From positions 288,001 through 352,000 of the forward strand of contig CAWIBO010000002.1 of the NCBI GenBank assembly GCA_963834385.1: 64,000 bases of DNA. The letters are read 5' to 3'. Within the stretch, counting starts at the first letter, position 1, and each line of letters begins with the position of its first letter. Source of the DNA: an uncultured Verrucomicrobiae bacterium. Lineage in GTDB: Bacteria > Verrucomicrobiota > Verrucomicrobiia > Chthoniobacterales > UBA10450. Under the pieces are notes generated by a model. The model saw only the letters and a list, made by a program, of their open reading frames with translations. It made no database searches and was not told the DNA's origin. Positions 60,466-64,000 of this stretch are shown one piece after another. The position numbers and the translations under genes are program-made.

Positions 60466-61149
60466 CTAGAAGGTGTAGCCGAAAAAGGCGATCTCGCGGG
60501 CAAAGGCGCGGGCAACGATCTCGCGCTGGGCGTCGGTGTAGACCTCGCGGTAGGGGCGGCGATCGGTGCGCATCTCGCTCTTGGCGCCGGGATCGAGCGA
60601 CCCGGAGAACGGCAGGCCGAGCCGGGCGCAGACCCGGGCGAGCTCCTCGTTCAGGTTTTCGTAGCGCAGAACTTCGTCCACCAGCAGGCGGCCGGCACCA
60701 TCGGTGTACTTGCCGAAATTTACCGGCAACCTTCCCTGCGCGAGATACTGGTCGAAGGAAAGATCGCCGCCCGCGCGTGAGCGCAGCATGTGATAATGCG
60801 AAAGGGTCTTGTCCCAGGGATTCCGCTCGACGCAGAACTTGAAGTACTTGTTCCAGGCGGGGGCGCCGGCGCGGGCCCGGACGAGGCGGGCCGGCATGTG
60901 GTTGTAATATTTCCGGCGGGCGAGCAGCTCGCGGAAAGTCTGCCGGGGATCGGTGACGCCATCGATCAGCTCGGGCAGCGGGTTCCACCAGCCCTCGAAA
61001 TGGCGCGGCCGGTGCGGCGGCACCGGCGGCTCGATCGGCGTGACCACGTCGCGCGGCCCCCCCTGTTCGGCGAGGAAAATCTCCAGACTGGTCCCGGCCG
61101 TCTTCGTCGTCTTGATGAAGATGAACCGGAACTGGTGCGAGATGATCAT
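60466..61149 (-). CDS. Sulfotransferase family 2 protein
   Basis: KTAGTS, RNPWDKTLS, RYE. Confidence 0.85.
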   Translation of the reverse strand: MIISHQFRFIFIKTTKTAGTSLEIFLAEQGGPRDVVTPIEPPVPPHRPRHFEGWWNPLPELIDGVTDPRQTFRELLARRKYYNHMPARLVRARAGAPAWNKYFKFCVERNPWDKTLSHYHMLRSRAGGDLSFDQYLAQGRLPVNFGKYTDGAGRLLVDEVLRYENLNEELARVCARLGLPFSGSLDPGAKSEMRTDRRPYREVYTDAQREIVARAFAREIAFFGYTF

Positions 61150-61209
61150 GCCCGGGAGGCGGGAACCGGCCCCGCGTGGAGCCGGTTCGCGCTGGCGGCG
61201 GCTGCCCTG

Positions 61210-62636
61210 CTAGACGTCGTAGTAGAGAGCGAACTCGTAGGGATGCGGACGCAGCCGGAGCGAGTCGTATTCCTTCTGCTTCATCTCGATCCAGTTGTTG
61301 ATGAAGTCGGCGTTAAAGACATCGCCGCGGAGGAGGAACTGGTGATCGGCCGCGAGCGCGGCAAGGGCGCCGCCGAGTGAATCGGGCACGCTCGGGACGT
61401 TGGCCAGTTCCTCGGGCGGCAGTTCGTAGAGGTTTTTATCGAGCGGATCGCCCGGGTCGATGCGGTTCTGGATGCCATCGAGGCCGGCCAGGAGCAGCGC
61501 GCTGAAGGCGACGTAGGGGTTGGCCGACGGGTCCGGGGTGCGAAACTCGATCCGTTTTGCCTTTGGGCTGGCCGAGTAGGTGGGAATGCGGATGGAAGCG
61601 GAACGGTTGCGCGCGGAATAGGCGAGATTGACCGGGGCCTCGAACCCGGGGACGAGCCGCTTGTAGCTGTTCGTGGTCGGGTTGGTGATGGCGGTGAGGG
61701 CGGGGGCATGCTTGAGAATGCCGCCGATGAAAAAGAGGGCGGTCTCGCTGAGGCCGGCGTAACCGTTGCCGGCAAAGAGCGGTTTGCCCTCTTTCCAGAG
61801 CGACATGTGAGTGTGCATGCCCGAGCCGTTGTCGCCGAAGAGCGGCTTCGGCATGAAGGTGACGGTCTTGCCATGTTTCTTGGCGACGTTGCGGATGATG
61901 TACTTGTAGAGCATCGAATCCAGTCGCCCATCTGCTTGAGCGGGGCGAAACGGATGTCGATCTCGGCCTGGCCGGCGGTGGCGACCTCATGGTGCTGGCG
62001 CTCAATGGGGATGCCGGCCTTTTCCAGCTCAAGGCACATTTCGTTGCGGATGTCCTGCTGGGTATCGGCCGGGGCCACGGGGAAGTAACCTTCCTTGGCC
62101 CTGATTTTGTAACCGAGATTCGGGAACTCTTCCTTCCCGCTGTTCCAGTGGCCTTCCACACTGTCGACCAGGTGAAAGGAGGAATTGCCGGTGTAGCTGA
62201 AACGGACTTCATCAAAGATGAAGAACTCGGCCTCGGGGCCGAAATTGGCGGTGTCGGCGATCCCGGTGCTCTTGAGGTAGGCCTCGGCTTTTTCGGCGAC
62301 GCCGCGGGGATCACGGTCGTAAGGCTCGCGCGTGATCGGGTCGACGATGGTGCAGATGAGCGAGAGCGTTTTCTCGGCGTTAAAGACGTCGATCCAGGCC
62401 GTGGTCGGGTCGGGGATGACGAGCATGTCGCTGGCATTGATGGCGCGCCAGCCGCGGATGCTGGAGCCGTCGAAGCCGAGGCCCTCGGTGAAGATCTCCT
62501 CGTTGTACTCGGTGAGGGTGGTGGTGAAATGCTGCCAGGCGCCGGGCAGGTCGGTGAACTTGAAGTCGATGAGTTTGACTTCGTTCTCCTTGATCATCTT
62601 GGTGACGTCGGAAGCGGATTTTATTTCTTTGGCCAT
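61210..62636 (-). CDS. glnA: Glutamine synthetase type I with apparent frameshift near 61916
   Basis: FDGSSI, GPEAEFF, HHEVA in one frame; [24 protein letters not shown] in another. Confidence 0.95.
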
Positions 62637-62753
62637 GAGGGATGAGAGCGGGGCAGGGGTTGAGGTGGTGAAGAAAGTGCTTGGGCGCCGGAAAAAAGGG
62701 AGGCGGCGCCGCCGGCTTTGACAGGCGGGGAGAGAAGGGAGTCGGGCAAATCG

Positions 62754-63236
<483 letters not shown>

Positions 63237-63251
63237 TTATACTGCCTTTGG

Positions 63252-64000
63252 ATGTCCCGCGATTCTTTTGTCCATCTCCACCTGCACACGGAGTATTCGC
63301 TCCTCGACGGGGCGATCCGGATGAAGGAGCTGATGAAAAAAGCGGCCGATTTCGAGATGCCGGCGGTCGCCATTACCGACCATGGCAACCTTTACGGCGC
63401 GATCGAATTTTACCAGGCGGCGACGGCCGCGGGGATCCGGCCGATCATCGGTTGCGAGGCCTACATGGCGCCCGGTTCGATCAAGGACCGGCCCTCGTCG
63501 ATGCGCGATGCCGCCTACCATTTCACCCTCCTGGCCCGGGACGCCGTCGGCTATGGCAACCTGGTCAAACTGGTCTCGATCGCGCACCTGGACGGGTTTC
63601 ATTACCGCCCGCGCATCGACAAGGAACTGCTGGCGAAACATGCCCAGGGCTTGATCGGCATGAGCGCCTGTCTCAAGGGCGAGATCAACATGGCGATCCA
63701 GTCGGATAACATGGCCAAGGCGCGCCAGAGCGCGGCCGAGTTTCGCGACATCCTCGGGGCCGAGAATTTTTTCCTGGAGTTGCACGATCACGGGATCGAG
63801 GCGCAACAGAAGTGCAACGCCGTCCTGCCCGGCCTGGCCCGGGAGTTCGGGCTCGGTTTGGTGGCGGCGAACGACGTCCATTTCCTGGAACGCAGTCATC
63901 ACGAGGCGCACGACGTCATGATCTGCATCGGGACCGGGAAAATGGTGCAGGACGAGCGGCGCATGCGTTACCCGGAGGAGCTGTATTTCAAGTCGGCCGC
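63252..64000 (+). CDS. dnaE: DNA polymerase III alpha subunit, 3'-truncated by window edge
   Basis: Translated by hand: FVHLHLHTEYSLLDG...AITDHGN...IIGCE (PHP domain). Confidence 0.95.
   Translation, partial: MSRDSFVHLHLHTEYSLLDGAIRMKELMKKAADFEMPAVAITDHGNLYGAIEFYQAATAAGIRPIIGCEAYMAPGSIKDRPSSMRDAAYHFTLLARDAVGYGNLVKLVSIAHLDGFHYRPRIDKELLAKHAQGLIGMSACLKGEINMAIQSDNMAKARQSAAEFRDILGAENFFLELHDHGIEAQQKCNAVLPGLAREFGLGLVAANDVHFLERSHHEAHDVMICIGTGKMVQDERRMRYPEELYFKSA

Noticed and set aside
61905..61925. Programmed frameshift in glnA
   Set aside because: No slippery sequence and no precedent known to me; an indel error is simpler

Overview
GC-rich bacterial chromosomal window, most likely Verrucomicrobiota, probably Chthoniobacterales-like. 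This is inferred from a PEP-CTERM protein, a TGTTC-N4-GAACA LexA box and gene style. It holds about 65 mostly housekeeping or stress genes (mnmA, acs, thrB, lpxK, stand-alone LigD POL, ggt, lolC/E, vapBC, Hsp70, bcp, rpoZ, smpB, thpR, ruvA, tatA, glnA, glnB, dnaE) and two tRNAs (Pro-CGG, Ser-TGA). Notable parts: (1) an egtB-egtD operon translationally coupled to a betaine-type ABC transporter; (2) a three-gene minor-pilin/pseudopilin cassette divergent from a beta-strand-repeat PEP-CTERM protein; (3) a CarH-like B12 regulator with 11-bp-phased operator-like repeats; (4) a LexA-boxed SplB-like radical SAM gene; (5) many intergenic repeat families: GTAG-type REP doublets with compensatory stem changes, a ~1 kb BIME-like mosaic, five nested GGAAACCAGGAA inverted elements and several 6-9 bp periodic families. 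Three genes (Hsp70, PilW-like, glnA) have small frameshifts, probably assembly errors. No CRISPR, integrase, transposase or prophage was found. All calls come from reading motifs by eye; no searches were run.
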